From assembly GCF_030013595.1 (NCBI RefSeq), contig NZ_CP122768.1: a stretch of 64,000 bases of DNA; one strand, given 5' to 3'. Every line of letters starts with the position of its first letter. Within the stretch, counting starts at the first letter, position 1. Below, in pieces: positions 21,323 through 33,230 of this stretch. The notes beneath the pieces are model-generated. The model ran no database searches and was not told the DNA's origin. It saw nothing but the letters and a program-made list of their open reading frames with translations. Source of the DNA: Escherichia coli. GTDB taxonomy: Bacteria > Pseudomonadota > Gammaproteobacteria > Enterobacterales > Enterobacteriaceae. Position numbers and translations under genes: made by a program.

Positions 21323-23056
21323 TTAAAGCGAGCGGATCCCATAGGACTCAATGTGGTCAGACAACGTGTCTTCTTTCTCGTACAGCATGGCTCTGCCAAC
21401 CGCCATAATCAGCGCAACTGCACCATCGATTTTGTTTTCCGCCTGCTCTTTGACGGGCTTCACCACATCATCGTTACCCGGAATGGTTTTGCCGACCACG
21501 TTGCCGATACACCAGGTCATGATGGGATTGCCATCATGATGAAAGCGCCCCGATTCAATTGCCGCTTCCAGCTCTTTCATCGGGTCGGACATGTTGGTGT
21601 AGTTCTGAATGATAGTGATGGGGTTCAGGTCTTCATCAGCCAGGTCATGTGACAGCCCGGTCGCCCCGAAGGGGTCGATGGGTGACTCACTGACCGGGCT
21701 GATTTTGTTCGCCGCTTTGGCCTCCTCGAGGATGTAGCGATAATCCACCTCCGCACCATCGGTAACGGTCAGAACGCCCATTACCACCCATTTCTGAAAG
21801 CGTTCGGCTGTCCGTCGATCTTCATTTTTCTCGACACTGTACACCGTGTCATACGGTACCCAGAAACGCGGGGCCACACTGTAGTAATGCGTTTTACCGT
21901 CAATCTCGCGGGTATAAAGTCGCGCCATGCTGTTCATATCCAGCTTACGCGCCAGGTCAAAGGCCAGAATGCACGGCTGCCCCTCGAACTGCTCAAGGGT
22001 CAGTGATTTATCCTCGCAGCTCTGCCAGCTCACCAGGTTGAAATACGCCGAACGCGCCGACACCCAGATATTGAGGTGCTTTGTTTTAAAGACGTTTGCC
22101 AGACGGGCGTTATTTTTCGCACGCTGCTGCTGACTTAACAAAAATTCGCGATAAACCGACACGCCAATATTCGGGTTAGCTTTTTCCAGCACCTGCGGGT
22201 CGGTCCAGTCATCGCCTTCGTCAACGGTATAGATGATCCCGAACAGTTCATCGTTGGGTACCGACCCGTTGAGCATCTCGATAACTTCCCGCCGCTTGTC
22301 GTAGCACGGCCCCTCAATGTTGTACCCGGCAGTAGTAATGGCCCACATCAGTGGCTGACGTCGCGCCCCCATCCCGGTAAGCATCGTGGTGTAAAGCGCA
22401 TCGGTGGCGTGCTCGTGATATTCATCCACCACCGCACAGTGGGGTGATGATCCATCACCGGGGTTACCGATCAGCGGTTCAAACCGCGCGCCATCCTCCG
22501 GACGGTTCATGTTTGAGGCGTTAACCTCAATCCCGAACGCTTCCGTCAGCATGGGCGTGCGTTTACACATCAGTCGCGCCGGGCGAAAGACTTCCCACGC
22601 CTGTTTCTCTGTCGTGGCACCGGAATACACTTCCGCGCCAAACTCGTTATCACAGGCAAAACAATACAGGGCAACACCGGCAGAGATTGCTGATTTGCCG
22701 TTCTTACGGGGGATTTCGGTATACACCTCCCGGAAGCGGCGCAACCGGGTGCCTTTATTGACCCAGCCAAACGCACAGCAGATCACAAAGAGCTGCCACG
22801 GCTCCAGCGTGATGGGCATCCTCTTGAATGCCCACTCACCCTTGGTGTGCGGCAACAGCTGAATAAATTTGGCGGCCCGTTCAGCCAGGTCCTTGTCGAA
22901 GCGGTAACGAAACGACTTACTTTTTTCCGCCATCAGGTCATCAAGATGGCGCTGGCAGGCCTGAATCACAAACTGGCAGGCCACAATCTTTCCGCGAACG
23001 ACATCCCGGGCATACTGATTGGCAGCATTTACGTTGGGGTAAGATTTCCGGCTCAT
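21323..23056 (-). CDS. terminase large subunit
   Basis: 577 aa; Walker A-like GKSA region; synteny. Confidence 0.95.
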
Positions 23057-23556
23057 GATTCGATGATTTTCAGAAACGGGTTAGTAGCTTTCTTCTGCCC
23101 CGCCAGGCCAATCAGACGCTGGCGGCTGCTGGGGTCGAGTCCGAGCATTGCCCCCGTGCTGCTCATCTCGGACTCCTGTTCTTTTTTGGCGGTCAGCTCA
23201 GGATTTTTGACCATACCGCCCATTGCACCGGTGATGGTGTTGCCCTGTCTGGCAATATTTTTCACGGCACGTCGCCAGAACTCATAGGCCACACACCACC
23301 GCTCAAGCACCGCGAGGTCAGTCACGCACAGCAGGCCCTGACCGCAAAGTTCTTTAGTTGTCAGTTGCCACATGATCGTGGCGAGAGGGAGATCTTCTTC
23401 AGCGAACCACTCCGGTGGCTCAACACCTTTGATGGGCGTAAAAACAGGTTCATCTTTATTCAGGGCTCGCTTGCCGGGGTTTCCGGCCAGCGCCTTGCGC
23501 GCCGTTGGCTTGGGGCGACGCCCGGAACGCCCCGCCGTTCCAGCCATATGCGGCAC
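23053..23556 (-). CDS. terminase small subunit (P27 family)
   Basis: N-terminus [25 protein letters not shown] is typical of the family. Confidence 0.85.
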   Translation of the reverse strand: MPHMAGTAGRSGRRPKPTARKALAGNPGKRALNKDEPVFTPIKGVEPPEWFAEEDLPLATIMWQLTTKELCGQGLLCVTDLAVLERWCVAYEFWRRAVKNIARQGNTITGAMGGMVKNPELTAKKEQESEMSSTGAMLGLDPSSRQRLIGLAGQKKATNPFLKIIES

Positions 23557-23672
23557 TCCTGGTTAAATTTCATTTTTCGCGGGTATAAAAAAACGATGGG
23601 GCGGGCAGTCCGGAAGACGTCAGGTCACAGAGATTTGACCCGCCCCTCCCCTCAGACAGTTGAGAATTATTA

Positions 23673-24023
23673 TCACTTTAGCCGTTCACGGGCCGTCTTC
23701 GCCTTATGGCACGGCCAGCACAGGCTCTGCAGATTACTGTCTGCATCGGTGCCGCCATGCGCTTTAGGGATGATGTGGTCAACGGTTTTCGCCTCACGCA
23801 CCACACCAGCACGCAGACATAACTGACACAGGCCTTTGTCACGCTTCAATATGCGCGCGCGGATACTGTCCCACTTCGAACCGTAGCCGCGCTGATGACG
23901 GGATTGCCCCGGCTTGTATTGTTTCCAGCCTTCGTTTTTGTGGCTTTCGCAGTAGCCTGACGGGTCTGTAGTGGTATTACGGCAGCCGCGAACGCGGCAG
24001 GCTTTTGGGATTCGTGATGGCAT
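23673..24023 (-). CDS. phage HNH endonuclease (terminase-associated)
   Basis: Motif DHIIPKAHGGTDADSNLQSLCWPCHKAKT. Start at ATG 24023, preceded by GGAG. Confidence 0.85.
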   Translation of the reverse strand: MPSRIPKACRVRGCRNTTTDPSGYCESHKNEGWKQYKPGQSRHQRGYGSKWDSIRARILKRDKGLCQLCLRAGVVREAKTVDHIIPKAHGGTDADSNLQSLCWPCHKAKTARERLK

Positions 24024-24246
24024 ATGTACTCCAATGAAGAAGCCACCGACATAGCCTCCTCCATTCATCGTGAAACTATTTTCATCTACGCAGTCATGAA
24101 TTCTTTGTAGAGTTGTGATCAATACAACTCACTAATGGAGAGGCTTGTCCAACACGTTGGACAAGTTTCCTGTTTGATTTACTGGACACTATAGAAGGAC
24201 AGAATGCCTTCCTCACTCGAATAACATTAATTAAGGAGGTTCAACA

Positions 24247-25575
24247 CTGATGAATCCCCTAATGATTTTGGTAAAAATCATTAAGTTAAGGTGGATACAC
24301 ATCTTGTCATATGATCAAATGGTTTCGCGAAAAATCAATAATCAGACAACAAGATGTGCGAACTCGATATTTTACACGACTCTCTTTACCAATTCTGCCC
24401 CGAATTACACTTAAAACGACTCAACAGCTTAACGTTGGCTTGCCACGCATTACTTGACTGTAAAACTCTCACTCTTACCGAACTTGGCCGTAACCTGCCA
24501 ACCAAAGCGAGAACAAAACATAACATCAAACGAATCGACCGATTGTTAGGTAATCGTCACCTCCACAAAGAGCGACTCGCTGTATACCGTTGGCATGCTA
24601 GCTTTATCTGTTCGGGCAATACGATGCCCATTGTACTTGTTGACTGGTCTGATATTCGTGAGCAAAAACGACTTATGGTATTGCGAGCTTCAGTCGCACT
24701 ACACGGTCGTTCTGTTACTCTTTATGAGAAAGCGTTCCCGCTTTCAGAGCAATGTTCAAAGAAAGCTCATGACCAATTTCTAGCCGACCTTGCGAGCATT
24801 CTACCGAGTAACACCACACCGCTCATTGTCAGTGATGCTGGCTTTAAAGTGCCATGGTATAAATCCGTTGAGAAGCTGGGTTGGTACTGGTTAAGTCGAG
24901 TAAGAGGAAAAGTACAATATGCAGACCTAGGAGCGGAAAACTGGAAACCTATCAGCAACTTACATGATATGTCATCTAGTCACTCAAAGACTTTAGGCTA
25001 TAAGAGGCTGACTAAAAGCAATCCAATCTCATGCCAAATTCTATTGTATAAATCTCGCTCTAAAGGCCGAAAAAATCAGCGCTCGACACGGACTCATTGT
25101 CACCACCCGTCACCTAAAATCTACTCAGCGTCGGCAAAGGAGCCATGGGTTCTAGCAACTAACTTACCTGTTGAAATTCGAACACCCAAACAACTTGTTA
25201 ATATCTATTCGAAGCGAATGCAGATTGAAGAAACCTTCCGAGACTTGAAAAGTCCTGCCTACGGACTAGGCCTACGCCATAGCCGAACGAGCAGCTCAGA
25301 GCGTTTTGATATCATGCTGCTAATCGCCCTGATGCTTCAACTAACATGTTGGCTTGCGGGCGTTCATGCTCAGAAACAAGGTTGGGACAAGCACTTCCAG
25401 GCTAACACAGTCAGAAATCGAAACGTACTCTCAACAGTTCGCTTAGGCATGGAAGTTTTGCGGCATTCTGGCTACACAATAACAAGGGAAGACTTACTCG
25501 TGGCTGCAACCCTACTAGCTCAAAATTTATTCACACATGGTTACGCTTTGGGGAAATTATGAGGGGATCTCTCAG
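24247..25575 (+). mobile_element. IS10, complete (1329 bp)
   Basis: Outside end CTGATGAATCCCCTAATGATTTTGG and inside end ..GGGGAAATTATGAGGGGATCTCTCAG. The flanking 9-mers differ (ggttcaaca versus tattaagcg). Confidence 0.97.
24354..25562 (+). CDS. IS10 transposase
   Basis: 402 aa, MCELDILHDSLYQFCPELHLKRLNS...; ATG at element nt 108. Confidence 0.97.
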   Translation: MCELDILHDSLYQFCPELHLKRLNSLTLACHALLDCKTLTLTELGRNLPTKARTKHNIKRIDRLLGNRHLHKERLAVYRWHASFICSGNTMPIVLVDWSDIREQKRLMVLRASVALHGRSVTLYEKAFPLSEQCSKKAHDQFLADLASILPSNTTPLIVSDAGFKVPWYKSVEKLGWYWLSRVRGKVQYADLGAENWKPISNLHDMSSSHSKTLGYKRLTKSNPISCQILLYKSRSKGRKNQRSTRTHCHHPSPKIYSASAKEPWVLATNLPVEIRTPKQLVNIYSKRMQIEETFRDLKSPAYGLGLRHSRTSSSERFDIMLLIALMLQLTCWLAGVHAQKQGWDKHFQANTVRNRNVLSTVRLGMEVLRHSGYTITREDLLVAATLLAQNLFTHGYALGKL

Positions 25576-26519
25576 TATTAAGCGTCAATGAGCGTCTGGA
25601 AAGAATGAAAGGCAGGCGCTCAGACATTACGGTGACAGAATGGCTTGATAAATATATTTCTATCCAGGAGGACAGGCTGCAACATAATGAACTAAGACCC
25701 AACTCCTATCGGCAAAAAGGCAAACCCATTCGTCTTTTCCGTGAGCATTGTGGAATGCAACACCTCAAGGATATTACCGCACTTGATATTGCCGAAATAA
25801 TTGATGCTGTAAAGGCTGAAGGTCATAACAGGATGGCGCAAGTCGTGAGAATGGTGTTGATCGACGTCTTCAAAGAAGCACAACACGCAGGACATGTTCC
25901 GCCAGGATTTAACCCAGCGCAGGCAACAAAACAACCGCGAAATCGAGTAAACCGCCAAAGATTGTCACTGCCCGAATGGCAGGCAATATTTGAAAGCGTA
26001 AGCAGACGGCAGCCCTATTTAAAATGCGGCATGCTACTTGCTCTTGTTACTGGACAACGTTTAGGCGATATCTGCAATTTGAAATTCTCTGATATATGGG
26101 ACGACATGTTGCACATTACTCAGGAAAAAACCGGTTCAAAACTTGCTATTCCGCTTAACCTGAAATGCGATGCTCTGAATATTACCCTTCGTGAAGTTAT
26201 ATCTCAGTGCAGGGATGCTGTTGTTAGTAAATATCTGGTCCATTACCGTCACACTACCTCTCAAGCAAACAGAGGAGACCAGGTTTCTGCAAATACTCTG
26301 ACAACGGCTTTTAAAAAGGCCCGGGAAAAATGTGGCATAAAATGGGAGCAAGGAACTGCGCCCACATTTCATGAGCAGCGATCTCTGTCAGAACGGTTAT
26401 ATCGGGAACAGGGTCTGGATACGCAAAAGTTGTTAGGCCATAAATCCAGAAAAATGACCGACCGATACAATGATGATCGTGGTAAAGACTGGATTATCGT
26501 AGATATCAAAACAGCATAG
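25576..26519 (+). pseudogene. lambda-family tyrosine integrase lacking the N-terminal arm-binding domain (cut by IS10)
   Basis: Aligns to lambda Int from about residue 60 (ITVTEWLDKY versus VTLHSWLDRY) to the end (HELRSL..LLGH..Y). The frame is open up to the IS10 junction. Confidence 0.85.
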
Positions 26520-26529
26520 AAAATAGCCA

Positions 26530-26565
26530 GTTTTGGGGAAGGGTTTTGGGGAAAGTTTTGGGGAA
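26530..26565 (+). repeat. three tandem GTTTTGGGGAA repeats (12-13 bp period)
   Basis: Read directly from the sequence, between the int stop and the icd terminator. Confidence 0.8.
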
Positions 26566-26580
26566 GATTTTACATCATCA

Positions 26581-26609
26581 TAAAACAACGGGCGTGTTAT
26601 ACGCCCGTT
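26581..26609 (-). terminator. icd rho-independent terminator
   Basis: Minus strand reads AACGGGCG-tataaca-CGCCCGTT followed by GTTTTA. Confidence 0.65.
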
Positions 26610-26632
26610 TCAATATTTAACACATGTAGAGA

Positions 26633-27883
26633 TTACATGTTCTTGATGATTGCATCACCAAACTCGCTGCATTTCAGCAGTTTAGCACCTTCCATCAGAC
26701 GTTCGAAGTCATAGGTTACGGTCTTGGCGTTGATTGCGCCTTCCATACCTTTAACAATCAAGTCTGCGGCTTCAGTCCAGCCCATATGGCGCAGCATCAT
26801 CTCAGCGGAGAGAATAATAGAGCCTGGGTTTACTTTGTCCTGACCGGCATATTTCGGCGCAGTACCGTGGGTGGCTTCAAACAGGGCGCATTCGTCACCG
26901 ATGTTTGCGCCTGGGGCGATACCGATACCGCCGACCTGTGCAGCCAGAGCGTCAGAAATGTAGTCACCGTTCAGGTTCATACAGGCGATAACATCATATT
27001 CAGCCGGACGCAGCAGGATCTGTTGCAGGAATGCGTCAGCAATCACGTCTTTAATGACGATCTCTTTGCCGGTATTCGGGTTTTTAACTTTCAGCCACGG
27101 GCCGCCGTCGATCAGTTCACCGCCAAACTCTTCACGCGCCAGCTGGTAGCCCCAGTCTTTAAACGCGCCTTCGGTGAACTTCATGATGTTGCCTTTGTGC
27201 ACCAGGGTCACAGAGTCACGATCGTTAGCAATTGCGTATTCGATCGCTGCACGAACCAGACGTTTGGTGCCTTCTTCCGAACACGGCTTAATACCGATAC
27301 CGCAATGTTCCGGGAAGCGAATTTTCTTCACGCCCATCTCTTCACGCAGGAATTTAATCACTTTCTCGGCGTCGGCAGAGTCAGCTTTCCATTCGATACC
27401 CGCATAAATGTCTTCCGAGTTTTCACGGAAGATAACCATATCGGTCAGTTCAGGGTGTTTAACCGGGCTTGGAGTGCCCTGATAGTAACGTACCGGACGC
27501 AGGCAGATGTAGAGATCCAGTTCCTGACGCAGGGCAACGTTCAGAGAGCGAATACCGCCACCAACCGGAGTGGTCAGCGGACCTTTAATGGCAACGCGAT
27601 ATTCACGAATCAGATCAAGGGTTTCAGCAGGCAGCCAGACATCCTGACCATAAACCTGTGTGGATTTTTCACCGGTGTAAATTTCCATCCAGGAGATTTT
27701 ACGCTCGCCTTTATAGGCTTTCTCGACTGCAGCGTCGACCACTTTCAGCATGGCTGGGGTTACATCTACACCGATTCCATCACCTTCAATGTAAGGGATA
27801 ATCGGATTTTCAGGAACGTTGAGTTTGCCGTTTTGCAGGGTGATCTTCTTGCCTTGTGCCGGAACAACTACTTTACTTTCCAT
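26633..27883 (-). CDS. icd: isocitrate dehydrogenase (NADP)
   Basis: Full-length 416-aa match to E. coli Icd. The C-terminus reads ..[14 protein letters not shown]. Confidence 0.98.
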   Translation of the reverse strand: MESKVVVPAQGKKITLQNGKLNVPENPIIPYIEGDGIGVDVTPAMLKVVDAAVEKAYKGERKISWMEIYTGEKSTQVYGQDVWLPAETLDLIREYRVAIKGPLTTPVGGGIRSLNVALRQELDLYICLRPVRYYQGTPSPVKHPELTDMVIFRENSEDIYAGIEWKADSADAEKVIKFLREEMGVKKIRFPEHCGIGIKPCSEEGTKRLVRAAIEYAIANDRDSVTLVHKGNIMKFTEGAFKDWGYQLAREEFGGELIDGGPWLKVKNPNTGKEIVIKDVIADAFLQQILLRPAEYDVIACMNLNGDYISDALAAQVGGIGIAPGANIGDECALFEATHGTAPKYAGQDKVNPGSIILSAEMMLRHMGWTEAADLIVKGMEGAINAKTVTYDFERLMEGAKLLKCSEFGDAIIKNM

Positions 27884-28054
27884 TCACCTCTCCTTCGAGC
27901 GCTACTGGTTTGCTCGTCTGCCACCACGTTGCATATGCGTTTGCGTCCTGCGATACGGATGCTTTAGAGCAATTTTTTGTTAATGATTTGTAATTGGCTT
28001 GTCAATACTACCCTATTGTTTGCCGTCATGAAAGATGCGCGTTATTAGGCTATA

Positions 28055-28708
28055 ATGCGGCAATTCATAATCTCTGAAAATACCATGCAAAAAACTTCTT
28101 TTAGAAATCACCAGGTTAAGCGATTCAGCTCGCAACGTTCTACCAGGCGTAAACCTGAAAACCAGCCCACGCGTGTGATCCTGTTCAATAAACCCTACGA
28201 TGTTCTTCCGCAGTTCACCGATGAAGCCGGACGCAAAACATTAAAAGAATTCATCCCGGTTCAGGGCGTTTATGCAGCAGGTCGTCTTGACCGCGATAGC
28301 GAAGGGTTACTGGTGCTGACCAATAACGGCGCGTTGCAGGCGCGTTTAACCCAGCCGGGTAAACGCACCGGAAAAATCTATTATGTGCAGGTGGAAGGTA
28401 TTCCCACACAAGACGCACTTGAAGCCTTGCGCAATGGCGTAACCTTAAATGATGGCCCTACCCTGCCCGCAGGCGTAGAGCTGGTTGACGAACCCGCGTG
28501 GTTATGGCCGCGGAATCCACCAATTCGTGAACGCAAAAGTATTCCCACCAGCTGGCTGAAGATCACCTTATATGAAGGACGTAATCGCCAGGTGCGCCGC
28601 ATGACCGCCCATGTTGGTTTCCCCACGCTGCGACTGATTCGCTATGCGATGGGTGATTACTCTTTGGATAATCTTGCCAACGGCGAATGGCGAGAAGCGA
28701 CAGATTAA
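28055..28708 (+). CDS. rluE: 23S rRNA pseudouridine synthase E
   Basis: 217-aa match; synteny. Confidence 0.95.
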   Translation: MRQFIISENTMQKTSFRNHQVKRFSSQRSTRRKPENQPTRVILFNKPYDVLPQFTDEAGRKTLKEFIPVQGVYAAGRLDRDSEGLLVLTNNGALQARLTQPGKRTGKIYYVQVEGIPTQDALEALRNGVTLNDGPTLPAGVELVDEPAWLWPRNPPIRERKSIPTSWLKITLYEGRNRQVRRMTAHVGFPTLRLIRYAMGDYSLDNLANGEWREATD

Positions 28709-28717
28709 GGACGCAAA

Positions 28718-29179
28718 ATGTTTAAACCGCACGTTACCGTTGCTTGCGTGGTGCACGCAGAAGGCAAATTTTTAGTCGTTGAAGAGACGATTAATGGTAA
28801 AGCGTTATGGAACCAACCTGCCGGGCATCTGGAAGCCGATGAAACCTTAGTGGAAGCCGCCGCCCGTGAGCTGTGGGAAGAAACCGGCATCAGCGCGCAA
28901 CCGCAACACTTTATTCGTATGCATCAGTGGATTGCGCCAGATAAAACGCCGTTTTTGCGTTTCCTGTTTGCTATTGAGCTTGAGCAAATATGCCCGACCC
29001 AGCCTCATGACAGCGATATCGACTGCTGCCGTTGGGTTAGCGCCGAAGAAATTTTACAGGCGTCAAATCTTCGTTCGCCACTGGTGGCGGAAAGTATTCG
29101 TTGTTATCAAAGCGGGCAACGCTATCCGCTAGAGATGATTGGCGATTTTAACTGGCCTTTTACAAAGGGTGTCATCTAA
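28718..29179 (+). CDS. nudJ: Nudix phosphatase NudJ
   Basis: 153 aa; Nudix box [22 protein letters not shown]. Confidence 0.95.
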
Positions 29180-29232
29180 AAGGCTGCGTGATAGAATACG
29201 CCGCCTTGAAGTTCAATGTCGTGAGTGATCCA

Positions 29233-30339
29233 ATGTCTGAAACCGCAAAAAAAGTAATCGTCGGCATGTCCGGCGGTGTCGATTCCTCCGTTTCTGCCTG
29301 GCTGTTGCAACAACAGGGATATCAGGTCGAAGGCCTGTTTATGAAGAACTGGGAAGAAGACGACGGTGAGGAATATTGCACAGCGGCAGCGGATCTGGCT
29401 GATGCCCAGGCTGTCTGCGACAAGCTCGGCATTGAACTGCACACCGTTAACTTTGCTGCCGAGTACTGGGACAACGTCTTCGAACTGTTCCTTGCCGAAT
29501 ATAAAGCCGGTCGCACGCCGAATCCGGATATTCTGTGCAACAAAGAGATCAAATTTAAAGCCTTCCTCGAATTTGCCGCTGAAGATTTAGGTGCCGATTA
29601 TATCGCTACCGGTCATTACGTACGTCGGGCAGATGTCGATGGCAAGAGCCGCCTGCTGCGTGGTCTGGACAGCAATAAAGACCAGAGCTACTTCCTTTAT
29701 ACGCTCAGCCATGAGCAGATTGCGCAAAGCCTGTTCCCGGTCGGCGAACTGGAAAAACCGCAGGTGCGTAAGATTGCTGAAGATCTCGGTCTGGTCACCG
29801 CGAAGAAAAAAGACTCTACCGGCATTTGCTTCATTGGCGAGCGTAAATTCCGCGAGTTCCTGGGCCGTTATCTCCCGGCGCAACCGGGCAAAATCATTAC
29901 CGTCGATGGCGATGAAATTGGTGAGCACCAGGGGCTGATGTATCACACCCTCGGTCAGCGTAAAGGTCTGGGTATCGGTGGCACCAAAGACGGCACCGAA
30001 GAACCGTGGTATGTGGTCGATAAAGACGTCGAAAACAACATTCTGATTGTTGCGCAGGGCCATGAACACCCGCGTCTGATGTCTGTCGGTCTGATTGCCC
30101 AGCAGCTGCACTGGGTCGATCGCGAGCCGTTCACCGGTACTATGCGTTGCACAGTAAAAACCCGCTATCGCCAGACCGAGATCCCGTGCACCGTCAAGGC
30201 GCTGGACGATGATCGCATTGAAGTGATTTTCGATGAGCCGGTTGCCGCCGTGACGCCGGGCCAGTCTGCCGTTTTCTATAACGGTGAAGTGTGCCTCGGT
30301 GGCGGTATTATTGAGCAGCGTCTGCCGCTGCCGGTCTGA
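29233..30339 (+). CDS. mnmA: tRNA 2-thiouridylase MnmA
   Basis: [22 protein letters not shown]...; start at the internal ATG (29233). Confidence 0.95.
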   Translation: MSETAKKVIVGMSGGVDSSVSAWLLQQQGYQVEGLFMKNWEEDDGEEYCTAAADLADAQAVCDKLGIELHTVNFAAEYWDNVFELFLAEYKAGRTPNPDILCNKEIKFKAFLEFAAEDLGADYIATGHYVRRADVDGKSRLLRGLDSNKDQSYFLYTLSHEQIAQSLFPVGELEKPQVRKIAEDLGLVTAKKKDSTGICFIGERKFREFLGRYLPAQPGKIITVDGDEIGEHQGLMYHTLGQRKGLGIGGTKDGTEEPWYVVDKDVENNILIVAQGHEHPRLMSVGLIAQQLHWVDREPFTGTMRCTVKTRYRQTEIPCTVKALDDDRIEVIFDEPVAAVTPGQSAVFYNGEVCLGGGIIEQRLPLPV

Positions 30340-30374
30340 TTATTATCTTTACTTAAAACAAGGAAGCAGTGAAC

Positions 30375-31016
30375 GTGGCAAAGAATTACTATGACATCAC
30401 CCTCGCCCTAGCCGGTATTTGTCAGTCGGCACGCCTGGTGCAACAACTCGCTCACCAGGGGCATTGTGATGCCGATGCGCTACACGTCTCACTCAACAGT
30501 ATTATTGATATGAACCCCAGCTCGACGCTGGCGGTTTTTGGCGGCAGCGAAGCCAACCTGCGCGTCGGGCTGGAAACCTTGCTCGGCGTGCTCAATGCCA
30601 GCAGTCGCCAGGGCTTAAACGCTGAGTTAACCCGCTACACACTCAGCCTGATGGTGCTTGAGCGCAAACTCTCCTCAGCGAAAGGTGCGCTCGACACTCT
30701 GGGCAACCGGATCAACGGCCTGCAACGCCAGCTCGAACACTTCGATTTACAGTCCGAAACGCTGATGAGCGCGATGGCTGCTATCTATGTTGATGTGATT
30801 AGCCCGCTTGGCCCGCGCATTCAGGTAACCGGTTCCCCTGCTGTACTGCAAAGCCCACAAGTGCAGGCGAAAGTTCGCGCAACCCTGCTGGCAGGCATTC
30901 GCGCCGCCGTGCTCTGGCACCAGGTTGGCGGCGGACGTCTGCAACTGATGTTTTCTCGTAATCGCCTGACCACTCAGGCAAAACAAATTCTTGCTCATTT
31001 AACCCCGGAGTTGTGA
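30375..31016 (+). CDS. hflD: lysogenization regulator HflD
   Basis: (M)[22 protein letters not shown]...; GTG start. Confidence 0.93.
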   Translation: MAKNYYDITLALAGICQSARLVQQLAHQGHCDADALHVSLNSIIDMNPSSTLAVFGGSEANLRVGLETLLGVLNASSRQGLNAELTRYTLSLMVLERKLSSAKGALDTLGNRINGLQRQLEHFDLQSETLMSAMAAIYVDVISPLGPRIQVTGSPAVLQSPQVQAKVRATLLAGIRAAVLWHQVGGGRLQLMFSRNRLTTQAKQILAHLTPEL

Positions 31017-32390
<1,374 letters not shown>

Positions 32391-32403
32391 GCCTCAAAAC
32401 AGT

Positions 32404-32430
32404 GCCGGATGGCGATGCTGTCCGGCCTGC
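32404..32430. repeat. REP-like palindromic element downstream of purB
   Basis: GCCGGATGGCGATGCTGTCCGGCCTGC. Confidence 0.5.
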
Positions 32431-32481
32431 TTATTAAGATTATCCACTTTTTCTTTTTTCACTTTACCTCCCCTCCCCGCT

Positions 32482-32498
32482 GGTTTATTTAATGTTTA
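32482..32498 (+). promoter_or_regulatory. PhoP box of the phoPQ promoter
   Basis: GGTTTA-tttaa-TGTTTA direct repeat, about 60 nt upstream of phoP. Confidence 0.8.
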
Positions 32499-32558
32499 CC
32501 CCCATAACCACATAATCGCGTTACACTATTTTAATAATTAAGACAGGGAGAAATAAAA

Positions 32559-33230
32559 ATGCGCGTACTGGTTGTTGAAGACAATGCGTTGTTACGTCAC
32601 CACCTTAAAGTTCAGATTCAGGATGCTGGTCATCAGGTCGATGACGCAGAAGATGCCAAAGAAGCCGATTATTATCTCAATGAACATTTACCGGATATTG
32701 CGATTGTCGATCTGGGATTGCCAGACGAGGACGGTCTGTCACTGATTCGCCGCTGGCGTAGCAATGATGTTTCACTGCCGATTCTGGTATTAACCGCCCG
32801 TGAAAGCTGGCAGGACAAAGTCGAAGTATTAAGTGCTGGCGCTGATGATTACGTGACTAAACCATTTCATATTGAAGAGGTGATGGCGCGAATGCAGGCA
32901 TTAATGCGGCGTAATAGCGGTCTGGCTTCACAGGTCATTTCGCTACCCCCGTTTCAGGTTGATCTCTCTCGCCGTGAATTATCTATTAATGACGAAGTGA
33001 TCAAACTGACCGCGTTCGAATACACCATTATGGAAACGTTGATACGCAATAATGGCAAAGTGGTGAGCAAAGATTCGTTAATGCTCCAACTCTATCCGGA
33101 TGCGGAGCTGCGGGAAAGCCATACCATTGATGTACTGATGGGACGTCTGCGCAAAAAAATTCAGGCACAATATCCGCAAGAAGTGATTACCACCGTTCGC
33201 GGCCAGGGCTATCTGTTCGAATTGCGCTGA
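32559..33230 (+). CDS. phoP: response regulator PhoP
   Basis: 223-aa match. Confidence 0.98.
   Translation: MRVLVVEDNALLRHHLKVQIQDAGHQVDDAEDAKEADYYLNEHLPDIAIVDLGLPDEDGLSLIRRWRSNDVSLPILVLTARESWQDKVEVLSAGADDYVTKPFHIEEVMARMQALMRRNSGLASQVISLPPFQVDLSRRELSINDEVIKLTAFEYTIMETLIRNNGKVVSKDSLMLQLYPDAELRESHTIDVLMGRLRKKIQAQYPQEVITTVRGQGYLFELR

Noticed and set aside
24232-24420. An orphan TAAGGAGGT RBS 9 nt upstream of an ATG inside the IS10 end opens a 57-codon fusion ORF.
   Set aside because: It is out of frame with the transposase and was created by the junction. This is most likely a fortuitous artefact of the insertion/deletion rather than a gene.
26530-26565. Considered the GTTTTGGGGAA x3 array as a mini-CRISPR or telomere-like repeat.
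   Set aside because: The gaps between units are only 1-2 nt, there are only three units, there are no cas genes, and the array sits in an att region. Integrase arm sites are the better explanation.
26786-27967. 393-aa plus-strand ORF antisense to icd. Similar long antisense ORFs include 16043..16633, 20278..21114, 29587..30111, 31551..32159 and 53792..54535.
   Set aside because: They lie entirely opposite well-supported genes, have low-complexity Arg/His/Pro/Ser-rich composition and lack RBSs. They are shadow ORFs typical of GC-rich coding regions.
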